A stretch of 64,000 bases of DNA from an uncultured Clostridia bacterium (GTDB lineage Bacteria; Bacillota; Clostridia; TANB77; CAG-508). Shown in pieces: positions 42,004 through 52,584 of the stretch. Both the position numbers and the translations under genes were made by a program. Numbering within the stretch: the first letter of the stretch is position 1; every line of letters begins with the position of its first letter. The notes under the pieces are model-generated. The model saw only the letters and a program-made list of their open reading frames with translations. It had not been told where the DNA came from and did not search any database. The stretch is from positions 86,811 through 150,810 of the forward strand of contig CALWZW010000001.1 of the NCBI GenBank assembly GCA_944386135.1. The letters are read 5' to 3'.

Positions 42004-43056
42004 ATGGAAGGAATTAAAGTTGGAAACAAAAAGTCAAAATACCCTATAATCCAAGGAGGAATGGGAGTTGGTGTTTCATTGCATAAATTAGCAGGAAATG
42101 TTAGTAAAGAAGGAGGAATTGGCATAATATCAACAGCTGATATTGGATATCAAGAAGAAGATTTTGCTAAAAATCCACTAGAAGCAAACCTAAAAGCAAT
42201 AGAAAAAGAAATAAAAATGGCAAGAGAGATAGCTGGAGAAGATAAAATATTAGGGGTTAATATTATGGTAGCAATGAACCATTACAAAGAAATAGCAACA
42301 GAATGTGTAAAAAATAAAATCGACTTGATAATTTCAGGAGCAGGAATTCCAAAAGAATTGCCTGAATACATAAAAGGCTCTAGTACAAAAATTGCTCCAA
42401 TAGTATCATCACTAAGATGCTGTAAATTAATAGTAAAACATTGGATAAAAAAATACAACTATATTCCAGACATGATTGTAATAGAAGGACCACAAGCAGG
42501 AGGACACCTAGGATTTAAAAAAGAAGAATTAAATGACAAGAATAACAACTTAGAAGAAATAACAAAAGAAGTAGTAGAATATATAAAAGAAGTAGAACAA
42601 GAATATAAAAAAGAAATTCCAGTAATTGCAGCAGGAGGAATTTGGGATAAAAACGATATACAAAAATACTTAAAACTTGGAGCAAGTGGAGTTCAAATGG
42701 CAACCAGATTTGTTGCAACTTATGAATGCGATGCTTCAGACGAGTTTAAAAAAGCATACATAAATGCAAAAGAAGAAGATATAAAAATAATAAATAGCCC
42801 TGTTGGAATGCCAGGAAGAGCAATTTATAATAATTTTATTAAACAAACGGAAAAAGGAAAAGCTAAAATTGAAAAATGCTATAATTGTATAAAGACTTGT
42901 AACCCAGCCGAAACACCATATTGCATAACAAGAGCATTAGTTAATGCAGTTAAAGGAAACATGGAAAATGCATTGGTATTTTGCGGAAAAAATGTAGACA
43001 AAGTAAAAGAAATAGTATCAGTACATGATTTAATACAAGAACTTACAGCAAATTAA
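42004..43056 (+). CDS. NAD(P)H-dependent flavin oxidoreductase (nitronate monooxygenase / FabK-like family)
   Basis: PIIQGGMGVGVS...GGIGIISTA...VIEGPQAGGHLG...AAGGIWD TIM-barrel FMN motifs; hairpin terminator follows. Confidence 0.75.
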   Translation: MEGIKVGNKKSKYPIIQGGMGVGVSLHKLAGNVSKEGGIGIISTADIGYQEEDFAKNPLEANLKAIEKEIKMAREIAGEDKILGVNIMVAMNHYKEIATECVKNKIDLIISGAGIPKELPEYIKGSSTKIAPIVSSLRCCKLIVKHWIKKYNYIPDMIVIEGPQAGGHLGFKKEELNDKNNNLEEITKEVVEYIKEVEQEYKKEIPVIAAGGIWDKNDIQKYLKLGASGVQMATRFVATYECDASDEFKKAYINAKEEDIKIINSPVGMPGRAIYNNFIKQTEKGKAKIEKCYNCIKTCNPAETPYCITRALVNAVKGNMENALVFCGKNVDKVKEIVSVHDLIQELTAN

Positions 43057-43119
43057 AAATAAATTGCGAATTGGACACTTCTGGTTGCTCAGAAGTGTCT
43101 CATTTGCAAGCTTAATGTC

Positions 43120-43317
43120 CTAATTTTTAATAATTAAATCAGAAATAGAACAATTTAAAACATTGGTTAATATATCTAATTCAGAAAAACTAATATTTTT
43201 TGCCTTACCATTATAAAGTTGATTAACTCTAGGATAATTCAAACCAGTCCTTTTTTGTAATTCATATCTACTTAGATTCTTTTCATCTAATATTTCTTTT
43301 AATTTTAAACAAACCAT
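43120..43317 (-). CDS. XRE-family HTH regulator (65 aa)
   Basis: MVCLKLKEILDEKNLSRYELQKRTGLNYPRVNQLYNGKAK; ATG at 43317 after RBS aaggtga. Confidence 0.65.
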   Translation of the reverse strand: MVCLKLKEILDEKNLSRYELQKRTGLNYPRVNQLYNGKAKNISFSELDILTNVLNCSISDLIIKN

Positions 43318-43459
43318 TAATATCACCTTAAAACATTATAAAATTTATAATATAAATAAAATAACTAACAAAACACATATTAGAAAATATATCATATAAA
43401 ATATATGCTATATAATATTGCATAAATAAAAAAGTTATGTTATAGTTATACTGAAAATT

Positions 43460-43705
43460 TTAAGTTTCATCTATATTATCAATATCAAATAAGCTATCAT
43501 TGTAAAACTCTGAAAGAGTCATATTGAGTCCATATGCAATAAAAAATATAGTATGAGCGTTTGGATATTTAGACCTACCATTCAAAACACTACGAATTAC
43601 TGATTCATCTAACCCACTTTTTAACGCTAATTGATATGGGTTTTCAATATGCTTTTCTTTCATTAAATTATTAATTCTTTTAATAATAGCGTCTGATATT
43701 GTCAT
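43460..43705 (-). CDS. XRE-family HTH regulator (81 aa)
   Basis: IKRINNLMKEKHIENPYQLALKSGLDESVIRSVLNGRSKYP; RBS aaaggata. Confidence 0.65.
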   Translation of the reverse strand: MTISDAIIKRINNLMKEKHIENPYQLALKSGLDESVIRSVLNGRSKYPNAHTIFFIAYGLNMTLSEFYNDSLFDIDNIDET

Positions 43706-43857
43706 AATAATGTTATCCTTTCGAATTCATATATTTATAGGATAACAAATTTTTATAAAGAATATTCGGACAAATGTACGAATAAAACCAAAGAAGGTTG
43801 TCAATGGGGATGTGCTCCAATTGGCAAAAACTAAAATAAAAAAGGAGGAATTTACAA

Positions 43858-45834
43858 ATGAAACACAAAGAAAAACAAATCAAACAAGAAGGAGGAATTA
43901 CACTTATTGCGCTAATTATCACAATAATAGTGCTAGTAATCTTAGCAGCGGTTACGCTAAACTCAATATTTGGAAACAACATAATAGAAATAGCAACAAA
44001 TGGGGCAATAAACTATGCAGAGGAGCAACAAAAAGAGTTAGGAATGCTAAATGATGTAAGCGACTTACTTGGAGAAGTAACAGGAGATACAGATAGACCA
44101 ATGATGCCAAGTATTACTTTAGATGGAACGAAGGGAAATAATGATATATTTACAAGTAATGTAACAGTAGAGATAAGCATAAATAGAGGAATAGAACAAA
44201 CAGGAGTAATAAAATTACATTATCAAATAAATGACGGGGAAGAGCAAATAACAGAAGAAGATGTAAGCCTAGAAATAGATACAGAAGGAACAACAAAAAT
44301 AATAGTATGGGCAGAAAATGAAAGAGGAAATATATCAGATAAACAAGAAATAAGCTTTACAATAAATAAGACAGCTCCAAGTAATCCAACTATTAGCTTA
44401 GCTGGAACAGAAGGAGAAAACGGATATTATATAACTAATATAGGAGTTATAATAAATGCAGGAGATACAAGTAATGTAGCAAGTATAAAATACAAAGTAG
44501 AAGGAGCAAACCCAATTCAAGAGACAGAAGTACAAGGAGCAAATGCTACATTTGATATAACACAAGACGGAACAAGTACAATAACTGCATATATAATAAA
44601 TAATGCAGGACTCACATCAGAAACAATAACAAAAGAAGTAAATAAAGACGAGGCAGGTCCTAGCACAGCGACAATTGCACTTTCAGGAGAAGCAGAAGAA
44701 ACGAGTATCACAGTAAATGCAAATGGAGAAGACGCGACATCTGGAATTGCAAGTTATTCTTTCCAATACAGTACAAAAAGTAGCGAAGACGGATTTACGA
44801 CAAAAGAAGAAGTAAAAAACACATCAACCTCATGTACATATACATACCAAGACTTAACATCAGATACGACATATTATTTAAGAGTAGTTGTAAAAGATAG
44901 AGCAGGAAAAACAACAGAAAGTTTAGCAGTAACTGTGAGAACAAAGACAGCAGAACTGAACTTTGGAGAGATGACAGAAGAAGAAATAAATGAAGAAATA
45001 GGAAAATATGTAGATTATACACCAACATATGGAAATTTTAGTGAACATACAAATTCTAATTATTCTGGTTCATCAGAAAATTCATCTGTTTCAACGGATA
45101 CAAGTATTAAATGGGAGATACTATCAGTAGGAAATAATATATTAACACTAATATCAGATAAAGCAGTAAATTCAAATTTCACATTGTATGGATATAATGG
45201 ATACAACAATGGAGTGCTATTATTAAATAATGCATGTAAAGCAATGTATAGCAATAGTAGCTTAGGAGCAGAAGGAAGAAGTTTAAATATAGATGATATA
45301 GAAACTGTTTCAAGTTATTCAGGCACTAGTTTGGATGAGGAAAAGCCATTGCCAATAGGATATAGATATTATCCTAATATATATAGATATGAAGAAACAG
45401 GGGCACCACACGGAACCTATGGAGAATATGGAAAGTTTGGCTTAAGTGAACAAGAAAATTATATAACAGGATATACATATGGTTCGACTTCATTTAAAGG
45501 AAAATCTACAAGTTATAATTATACAATGTCAACAACATATATGAGCGAAAAATATGTAACACTATTTAGTTCTTCTACGCCAACTTGGGTTGCTTCACGA
45601 TGTATGTTCTATGGAGGATGGTTTGTATTTTCTGTATTTTATATAGATAATAATGAAGTAAATTTTAGTGAGTTATATTTCTCAGACAATGGAACTGGTT
45701 CTGAAAGTGGACCTTCTCTTTATGGCGAAAGTTATGCGCTTCGCCCTGTTGTTGAAATTGACTTAACTAAGGTTAATATTGGACTAACTGGAGATGGCTC
45801 AAGTACTTCTCCATATAGCATCGAGGTAAAATAA
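43858..45834 (+). CDS. Large surface protein with a prepilin-like N-terminus (KQEGG-ITLIALIITIIVLVILAAV) and Ig/FN3-like repeats; paralog 1
   Basis: 658 aa; N-terminal ~120 aa and C-terminal ~200 aa (NGVLLLNNACKAMYSNSSLGA...YALRPVVEIDLTKVNIGLTGDGSSTSPYSIEVK) conserved with 56593-58536; same RBS block aaaaaggaggaatttacaaatgaaacacaaag. Confidence 0.6.
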   Translation: MKHKEKQIKQEGGITLIALIITIIVLVILAAVTLNSIFGNNIIEIATNGAINYAEEQQKELGMLNDVSDLLGEVTGDTDRPMMPSITLDGTKGNNDIFTSNVTVEISINRGIEQTGVIKLHYQINDGEEQITEEDVSLEIDTEGTTKIIVWAENERGNISDKQEISFTINKTAPSNPTISLAGTEGENGYYITNIGVIINAGDTSNVASIKYKVEGANPIQETEVQGANATFDITQDGTSTITAYIINNAGLTSETITKEVNKDEAGPSTATIALSGEAEETSITVNANGEDATSGIASYSFQYSTKSSEDGFTTKEEVKNTSTSCTYTYQDLTSDTTYYLRVVVKDRAGKTTESLAVTVRTKTAELNFGEMTEEEINEEIGKYVDYTPTYGNFSEHTNSNYSGSSENSSVSTDTSIKWEILSVGNNILTLISDKAVNSNFTLYGYNGYNNGVLLLNNACKAMYSNSSLGAEGRSLNIDDIETVSSYSGTSLDEEKPLPIGYRYYPNIYRYEETGAPHGTYGEYGKFGLSEQENYITGYTYGSTSFKGKSTSYNYTMSTTYMSEKYVTLFSSSTPTWVASRCMFYGGWFVFSVFYIDNNEVNFSELYFSDNGTGSESGPSLYGESYALRPVVEIDLTKVNIGLTGDGSSTSPYSIEVK

Positions 45835-45951
45835 AGATACCTTTTGATTATGAAAAAATAAAAGTTGGAGTTTTTACTCCAACTTTTATGTGTTTTCTAA
45901 AAGAATACACACTAACAAATGGTAATATTTACTATATTAATAAATAAAATT

Positions 45952-46785
45952 TTATAATCTATTTATCTCTTCTTCTGAAAGACCAGTAATCTCTATGATA
46001 GAAGAAATGTCTATTCCTTTTTCTTTCATTTTCTTAGCAATTTCTTTAGCCTTTTTATTTTCTCCAATACTTCTTTCTGTATTTAATAAATATCTATAAG
46101 ATTCTTCCATATCAATTAGATGTTCCATTGCTTCATCGTGACTTATTTCTTCTAGTTTATCATGAGCTTTTTTTATAGCTACATTTTCTTTCATAATATT
46201 TTTCACCTCTTCCGACTCTGGATTTTCTAAAAACTTTAACCACTCTAATAATTTATTATTCTTCAAGCTTTTTTCATTCATCTTAGGTAATATTATTATA
46301 TAAATTTCCAAGTACTCAGTCAATATTTTTTGCCTATTTTCTTCTTCTATTATTTTCCATTTTGTAAAACAATTTAATTCTTTTAAAGAGTCAGCTTCAA
46401 AATCTGTTATAAGTATTGAAATAGTCTTTTTCAAATTACTGTAATCTTTCCCCTTGTGGATAGTCTTAGCAAAAGTTTTAGCCCAATAATATAGTAATCT
46501 TTCTAATATGTATTCTTGTTTTGCAACTTGAATTTCTATGTCACAGTATTCTTTATTATCTATTTCCACTATGACATCTAGTATACCCAATTTATCTAAC
46601 ATTTTTGTCCTTCTTAAAATAGGATTTTTACTTAAATCAACATCAGTGATTTTTTTCATTAGAATTGTTTCTAAGAAACTCTTAGTTATTTCTTCGCTTC
46701 CTTCTTCACCAAATAGAACTTGAAATACAATGTCATTTTTTGGAGATAACATTATATTTTTGTGTGTTTCGTTATTTTTTACCAT
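45952..46785 (-). CDS. Rpn-family recombination-promoting nuclease / putative transposase (PD-(D/E)XK, YhgA-like)
   Basis: N-terminal DIVFQVLFGEEGSEEITKSFLETIL plus D...E.Q nuclease core and helical C-terminal tail typical of TIGR01784-like proteins. Confidence 0.65.
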   Translation of the reverse strand: MVKNNETHKNIMLSPKNDIVFQVLFGEEGSEEITKSFLETILMKKITDVDLSKNPILRRTKMLDKLGILDVIVEIDNKEYCDIEIQVAKQEYILERLLYYWAKTFAKTIHKGKDYSNLKKTISILITDFEADSLKELNCFTKWKIIEEENRQKILTEYLEIYIIILPKMNEKSLKNNKLLEWLKFLENPESEEVKNIMKENVAIKKAHDKLEEISHDEAMEHLIDMEESYRYLLNTERSIGENKKAKEIAKKMKEKGIDISSIIEITGLSEEEINRL

Positions 46786-47197
46786 AAATTAGTCCTTTCA
46801 ATATTAAATATTTAAGTTTTAATAGGAGAACTTATAACCCAATAATAAATCCCTCCTTATATAGTAAATTTAATAACTGTATGAAAAACAAATTTATTAA
46901 AATATTTGGATATTTTTATCAGAAAATAATAATAGACGAAAAAATATGAATTATAATAAAAAAGATGAAAATTAAGATAAAAAATAGTAAAAACAAATTT
47001 TAAAATAATTTTGGAAATTTTTTAGAAAAATATTAATTATTATAATGAATAAAATATCAATGATACAATTATTATACTATACTTATACCATATAATGAAA
47101 AAACTTGCAATAGAATTAGACCAATTGGTTTTGTATATTGCTAAGAAACTAAATTTGTGATAATATAACTTAAATTTACAATTAAAGGAGAAACACA

Positions 47198-47458
47198 ATG
47201 CAAGAGTTAAAAATACATGGAATTTATAGGCATTTCAAAGGAGATTATTACATAGTAGAAGGTGTCGGAATACACAGTGAAACAAAAGAAAAATATGTAA
47301 TATATAGAGGCTTATATGGAGAAAATGAACTATATATAAGACCTTATGATATGTTTTTATCAAAAGTAGATAAACAAAAATATCCAAAAGTAGAACAAGA
47401 ATACAGATTCGAACTTCAAGAAATTAATAGTATAGCTAAAGATTTTAAGGGAGAGTAA
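47198..47458 (+). CDS. DUF1653 domain protein
   Basis: YRHFKGDYYIVEGVGIHSETKEKYVIYRGLYGENELYIRP core motif. Confidence 0.65.
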   Translation: MQELKIHGIYRHFKGDYYIVEGVGIHSETKEKYVIYRGLYGENELYIRPYDMFLSKVDKQKYPKVEQEYRFELQEINSIAKDFKGE

Positions 47459-47459
47459 A

Positions 47460-48342
47460 ATGAACAAAATATGCACAATATGCCCACATAATTGCAAAAT
47501 AGATAGAAGTATAAACATAGGAAGATGCAAGGCAGGAGATAAAGTAGAAATAGGAGGAGTAAGCCTTCACAAATTCGAAGAACCATGTATAAGCGGAAAA
47601 TATGGCTCTGGAACAGTGTTCTTTTCAAAATGTAATTTAAACTGCGTATTCTGTCAAAACTATGAAATTAGTAACCTTGGAAATGGAAGAAAGATAGAAA
47701 TAGAAGAACTTAGTAATATTTTCCTAAAACAGCAAGAAAACAATGCAGAAAATATAAACTTAGTTAGTCCAACAATTTATGCAGACAAGATAGTACAAGC
47801 AATAAAAATAGCAAGAAACAAAGGACTAAGCTTGCCAATAATATATAACACAAATCGGATATGAAAAAGTAGAAACATTAAAAAAATTAGAAGGGTACAT
47901 TGATGTATACTTACCAGATTTAAAATATTATTATGACGAACTTGGACTAAAATATTCTAAAGTAAATAATTATTTTAATATAGCAACTAATGCAATAAAA
48001 GAAATGTACAGGCAAGTTGGTAGTCCTAAATTTGATGAAAATGGAATGATAAAAAAGGGACTAATAATAAGGCACTTAGTACTTCCAAATAATATTGATA
48101 ACACACAAAAAGTATTAAAATGGATAAAAGAAAATATCGATGAAGAAGTATATGTAAGTGTTATGACACAATACTTTCCTACATACAAAGCAAATGAGTA
48201 TGAGGAAATAAACAGAAAAATAAGCAAAGAAGAATATGATGAAATAGAAAACTACATATATGAACTTGGAATAGAAAATGGATATATGCAAGATTATCCA
48301 GAAGAAAATGAAGAACAATACGTTCCAAAGTGGGAATATTAA
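47460..48342 (+). CDS. Radical SAM protein (PflA-like activating-enzyme family), +1 frameshift at 47856 (aatCGGAtat)
   Basis: N-terminal Cys cluster and CNLNCVFCQN (CxxxCxxC); ORFs 47460-47864 and 48004-48342 join as ...IIYNTNGYEKVETLKKLEGYIDVYLPDLKYYYDELGLKYS... when C47856 is skipped. Confidence 0.7.
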
Positions 48343-48403
48343 TTAGACTAACATAACAAGAAGTAACTATATTAAATTTTTCAAATTATTTTATCCCTAA
48401 GGC

Positions 48404-48433
48404 TTGACAATTATTAAAAGTACATGCTATAAT
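48404..48433 (+). promoter_or_regulatory. Near-consensus sigma70 promoter (TTGACA-18-TATAAT) with a ~210-nt leader upstream of rpoB
   Basis: cttgacaattattaaaagtacatgctataat. Confidence 0.5.
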
Positions 48434-48644
48434 AATTAACTGTATTAAAATCGATAAATGTATTCAATTCTAAAAAAAGAGGAATTAAAATATGCCACTT
48501 TAGCTAGGGAAAATCTATTTTGAAGCGATAAATTTTTTCTAACATAAATGTATATTTTAAGAAGGACTTTTTTTAGAAAAAATATTAAATTCAATTTTTT
48601 TTCTAAAGCTTCACAAATTAAAAATTAAGGAGTGAAAACAATCC

Positions 48645-51600
48645 ATGAAAGACATTAAACATGAAAAATGCGTACGTAAAACGTTCGCAAAAATTGGTGA
48701 CAGCATTGAAATGCCAAATTTCATCAAAGTACAAAAAGACTCTTATGAATGGTTTTTAAAAGAAGGATTAGGAGAAGTATTAAAAGATATATCTCCAATA
48801 GTAGACTATTCAGGAAACTTAGTACTTGAATTCTTTGATTATTACATGGAAGACAAAACAAAATATTCATTAGAAGAAACAAAAGAAAGAGATGCTACAT
48901 ACTCTGCAAGACTACATGTAAAAGTAAGACTAATAAATAGAGAAACAGGAGAAATCAAAGAACAAGAAATTTATTTAGGCGATTTCCCTATAATGACAGA
49001 TAGCGGAACATTCGTAATAAACGGTGCAGAAAGAGTTATAGTAAGCCAATTAGTACGTTCACCAGGATGCTATTATGCAGCAGACTTTGATAGAACAGGA
49101 AAGAAAATATTTACATCTACAGTAATGCCAATAAGAGGAGCATGGATAGAATACGAAACAGATTCAAACGACGTATTCTATGCAAGAGTAGACAGAACAA
49201 GAAGACTACCTGTTACAACACTACTTAGAGCAATTGGATTAACAACAGATGAACAAATAACAGAATTATTTGGCGAAGATGAAAAAATATTAGCAACATT
49301 ACAAAAAGATACAGTAAAAACTCAAGATGAAGCTTTAATAGAAATATATAAGAAATTAAGACCAGGAGAATTACCATCAGTAGATGCAGCAAGAAACCTA
49401 TTCAATGGATTATTCTTTGATGAAAGAAGATATGACCTAGCAAAAGTAGGAAGATATAAATTTAACAAAAAACTAAGTCTAGCAACTAGAATTGAAAACA
49501 AAATAGCATTCGAAGATATTATTGATGAAGAAACAGGAGAACTTTTAGTTTCAAAAGACACAATAATAACAAAAGAAATGGCACGTAAGATTCAAGATGC
49601 TGGAATAAATATTGTTAATGTAAAAGTAGAAGACAAGAAAGTTAGAGTTATAGGAAATGGAACTGTAGATATCCATAATGTTGTTTCTATAGACTTAAGT
49701 GACTTGAATATTAAGGAAGAAGTTAATTATTCAGTACTTAAACACATACTAGAAACAACCGAAGAAAAAGACCTAAAAAAAGCAATAGAAGAAAATATGA
49801 ACGACCTAATTCCAAAGCATATAACAACAGAAGATATGATAGCTTCTGTAAGTTATTTACTAAACTTAGCTCATGGACTAGGAACAGTAGACGATATTGA
49901 CCACTTGGGAAACAGACGTATAAGAAGTGTTGGAGAACTTTTACAAAATCAATTCAGAATAGGATTAACAAGACTTGAAAGAGTTGTAAGAGAGAGAATG
50001 ACTATTCAAGACTTAGATGTTGTAACACCACAAACATTAATCAACACAAAACCTATAACATCTTCAATAAGAGAATTCTTTGGAAGTTCACAACTTTCAC
50101 AATTTATGGATCAAACAAACCCATTATCAGAACTAACACATAAAAGAAGAATATCAGCATTAGGACCAGGAGGACTTTCAAGAGAAAGAGCAGGATTCGA
50201 AGTAAGAGACGTTCACTATACACACTATGGAAGATTATGCCCTATTGAATCTCCAGAAGGACCAAACATAGGACTAATCTCAGCACTATCTTCATTCGCT
50301 ATAATCAATGAATATGGATTCATTGAAACACCATATAGAAAAATAGACCCAGAAACACATAAAGTAACAGACGAAATAGTATATATGGCAGCTTATGATG
50401 AAGACGGACACATCATAGCACAAGCAAATGAACCAATAGGAGAAGACGGAAAATTCATAAATAAAAAAATAAAAGTTAGATACTTAGACGAAGTAACAGA
50501 AGTATCAGCTGATAGAGTAGACTATATGGATGTATCTCCAAAACAATTAGTTTCAGTTGGAGCAGCCATGATACCATTTTTGGAGCATGACGACGCAAAC
50601 CGTGCACTAATGGGAGCAAACATGCAACGTCAAGCAGTTCCTCTAATGATAACAGACTCACCAATAGTAGGAACAGGAATAGAATACAAAGCTGCAAAAG
50701 ACTCTGGAATAATGATACTTGCAAAATCTGACGGTGTAATAAAGAAAGTTACAGGAGACGAAATTACACTAGAAACAACTAAAGGAGAAATCGAGACATA
50801 TAAACTACGTAAATTCAAGAGAACAAATGGTGGAACATGTATAAACCAAAAACCAATAGTAGTAAAAGGCGAAAAAGTTAAAGCAGGAGATGTTATAGCA
50901 GATGGACCTTCTACACAAAATGGAGAAATGGCGCTTGGTAAAAACGTAATAATAGCATTCACAACTTGGGAAGGATACAACTATGAGGATGCTATACTAT
51001 TAAGTGAAAGACTAGTAAAAGAAGATGTATATACATCAATACACATTGAAGAATACGAATGCGACTGTCGTGACACAAAACTTGGTTCAGAAGAAATTAC
51101 AAGAGACATACCAAATGTTGGTGAAGACGGATTAAAAGACCTAGATGAAAATGGAATAATAAGAATAGGTGCAGAAGTTAGACCAGGAGATATTCTAGTT
51201 GGAAAAGTTACTCCAAAAGGAGAAACAGAACTTACAGCAGAAGAAAGATTACTTCGTGCAATCTTTGGAGAAAAAGCAAGAGAAGTAAGAGATACATCAC
51301 TTCGTGTACCACATGGAGAATCAGGAACAATAGTAGATGTAAAAGTATTTACAAGGGACAACTCAGACGAATTAGGCCCTGGCGTAAATCAAGTAATTAG
51401 ATGCTATATTGCTCAAAAGAGAAAGATATCTGTAGGAGATAAAATGGCTGGACGTCACGGAAACAAAGGTGTAGTATCAAGAATATTACCAGTTGAAGAT
51501 ATGCCATTCATGCCAGACGGAACTCCAGTAGATGTCGTACTTAACCCATTAGGTGTTCCTTCACGTATGAACTTAGGTCAAGTTCTAGAAGTACACTTAG

Positions 51601-52403
51601 GAGCAGCAGCAAAAGCATTAGGATATAAAGTTGCAACACCAGTATTTGACGGTGCAACAGAGGAAGAAATTGTTGAATTATTAAAACAAGCAGGAAGACA
51701 ACCAAATGGAAAAACAATTCTTTATGATGGAAGAACAGGAGAACCATTTGATAAGCCAATAACAGTTGGTGTAATGTATATGTTAAAACTACACCACTTA
51801 GTAGATGATAAGATTCATGCTCGTTCAACAGGACCATACTCATTAGTTACACAACAACCTCTAGGAGGAAAAGCACAATTTGGTGGACAAAGATTTGGAG
51901 AAATGGAAGTTTGGGCACTAGAAGCTTATGGAGCATCACATACTCTACAAGAAATGCTAACTGTAAAATCAGACGACGTTGTAGGAAGAATAAAGACATA
52001 TGAAGCAATTGTAAAAGGCGAAAATATCCCAGAACCAGGAGTACCAGCAGGATTTAAAGTATTAATAAAAGAACTACAAAGCTTAGGACTAGATGTAAGA
52101 CTATATTCACAAGACAACAAAGAACTTGAACTTAAAGAGAATATAGACGAAGGAATAGACTTCAATCTAGAAAGAGAGCAAAAAGATAAAATGCAACTTG
52201 AAGAAGACGAATTGGCAGAAGGATATGAAGAAGAAACACTAGATGATGATGAACTCCTAGACGAAGATGAGATATTTGATGACGAAGACGTAATAAATGA
52301 TGATGAATTATTAGATAATGACGATATGATGGATAGCGATGAAATATTTGACAATGATTTAGCAGAAGACAATATAGAAAACAATGAAGACACAATTGAA
52401 TAA
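48645..52403 (+). CDS. rpoB: DNA-directed RNA polymerase subunit beta
   Basis: 1252 aa, collinear with RpoB; acidic D/E-rich C-terminal extension; no internal frameshift. Confidence 0.97.
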   Translation: MKDIKHEKCVRKTFAKIGDSIEMPNFIKVQKDSYEWFLKEGLGEVLKDISPIVDYSGNLVLEFFDYYMEDKTKYSLEETKERDATYSARLHVKVRLINRETGEIKEQEIYLGDFPIMTDSGTFVINGAERVIVSQLVRSPGCYYAADFDRTGKKIFTSTVMPIRGAWIEYETDSNDVFYARVDRTRRLPVTTLLRAIGLTTDEQITELFGEDEKILATLQKDTVKTQDEALIEIYKKLRPGELPSVDAARNLFNGLFFDERRYDLAKVGRYKFNKKLSLATRIENKIAFEDIIDEETGELLVSKDTIITKEMARKIQDAGINIVNVKVEDKKVRVIGNGTVDIHNVVSIDLSDLNIKEEVNYSVLKHILETTEEKDLKKAIEENMNDLIPKHITTEDMIASVSYLLNLAHGLGTVDDIDHLGNRRIRSVGELLQNQFRIGLTRLERVVRERMTIQDLDVVTPQTLINTKPITSSIREFFGSSQLSQFMDQTNPLSELTHKRRISALGPGGLSRERAGFEVRDVHYTHYGRLCPIESPEGPNIGLISALSSFAIINEYGFIETPYRKIDPETHKVTDEIVYMAAYDEDGHIIAQANEPIGEDGKFINKKIKVRYLDEVTEVSADRVDYMDVSPKQLVSVGAAMIPFLEHDDANRALMGANMQRQAVPLMITDSPIVGTGIEYKAAKDSGIMILAKSDGVIKKVTGDEITLETTKGEIETYKLRKFKRTNGGTCINQKPIVVKGEKVKAGDVIADGPSTQNGEMALGKNVIIAFTTWEGYNYEDAILLSERLVKEDVYTSIHIEEYECDCRDTKLGSEEITRDIPNVGEDGLKDLDENGIIRIGAEVRPGDILVGKVTPKGETELTAEERLLRAIFGEKAREVRDTSLRVPHGESGTIVDVKVFTRDNSDELGPGVNQVIRCYIAQKRKISVGDKMAGRHGNKGVVSRILPVEDMPFMPDGTPVDVVLNPLGVPSRMNLGQVLEVHLGAAAKALGYKVATPVFDGATEEEIVELLKQAGRQPNGKTILYDGRTGEPFDKPITVGVMYMLKLHHLVDDKIHARSTGPYSLVTQQPLGGKAQFGGQRFGEMEVWALEAYGASHTLQEMLTVKSDDVVGRIKTYEAIVKGENIPEPGVPAGFKVLIKELQSLGLDVRLYSQDNKELELKENIDEGIDFNLEREQKDKMQLEEDELAEGYEEETLDDDELLDEDEIFDDEDVINDDELLDNDDMMDSDEIFDNDLAEDNIENNEDTIE

Positions 52404-52584
52404 TTTTTTCTAAATTTATGAAATAGACAAGAAGGAATTGTACAGCAGTGGATTATTTTATAGAAAATAGAAAAGAGCATAATCGAAAGTAATAGTAAAT
52501 AGTGAAAAGTGAATAGTTAAAATAACAACTATTCACAATTCACCGTTATACTGTTCACTATATTAGTTATAGGGGGTCTAAATT

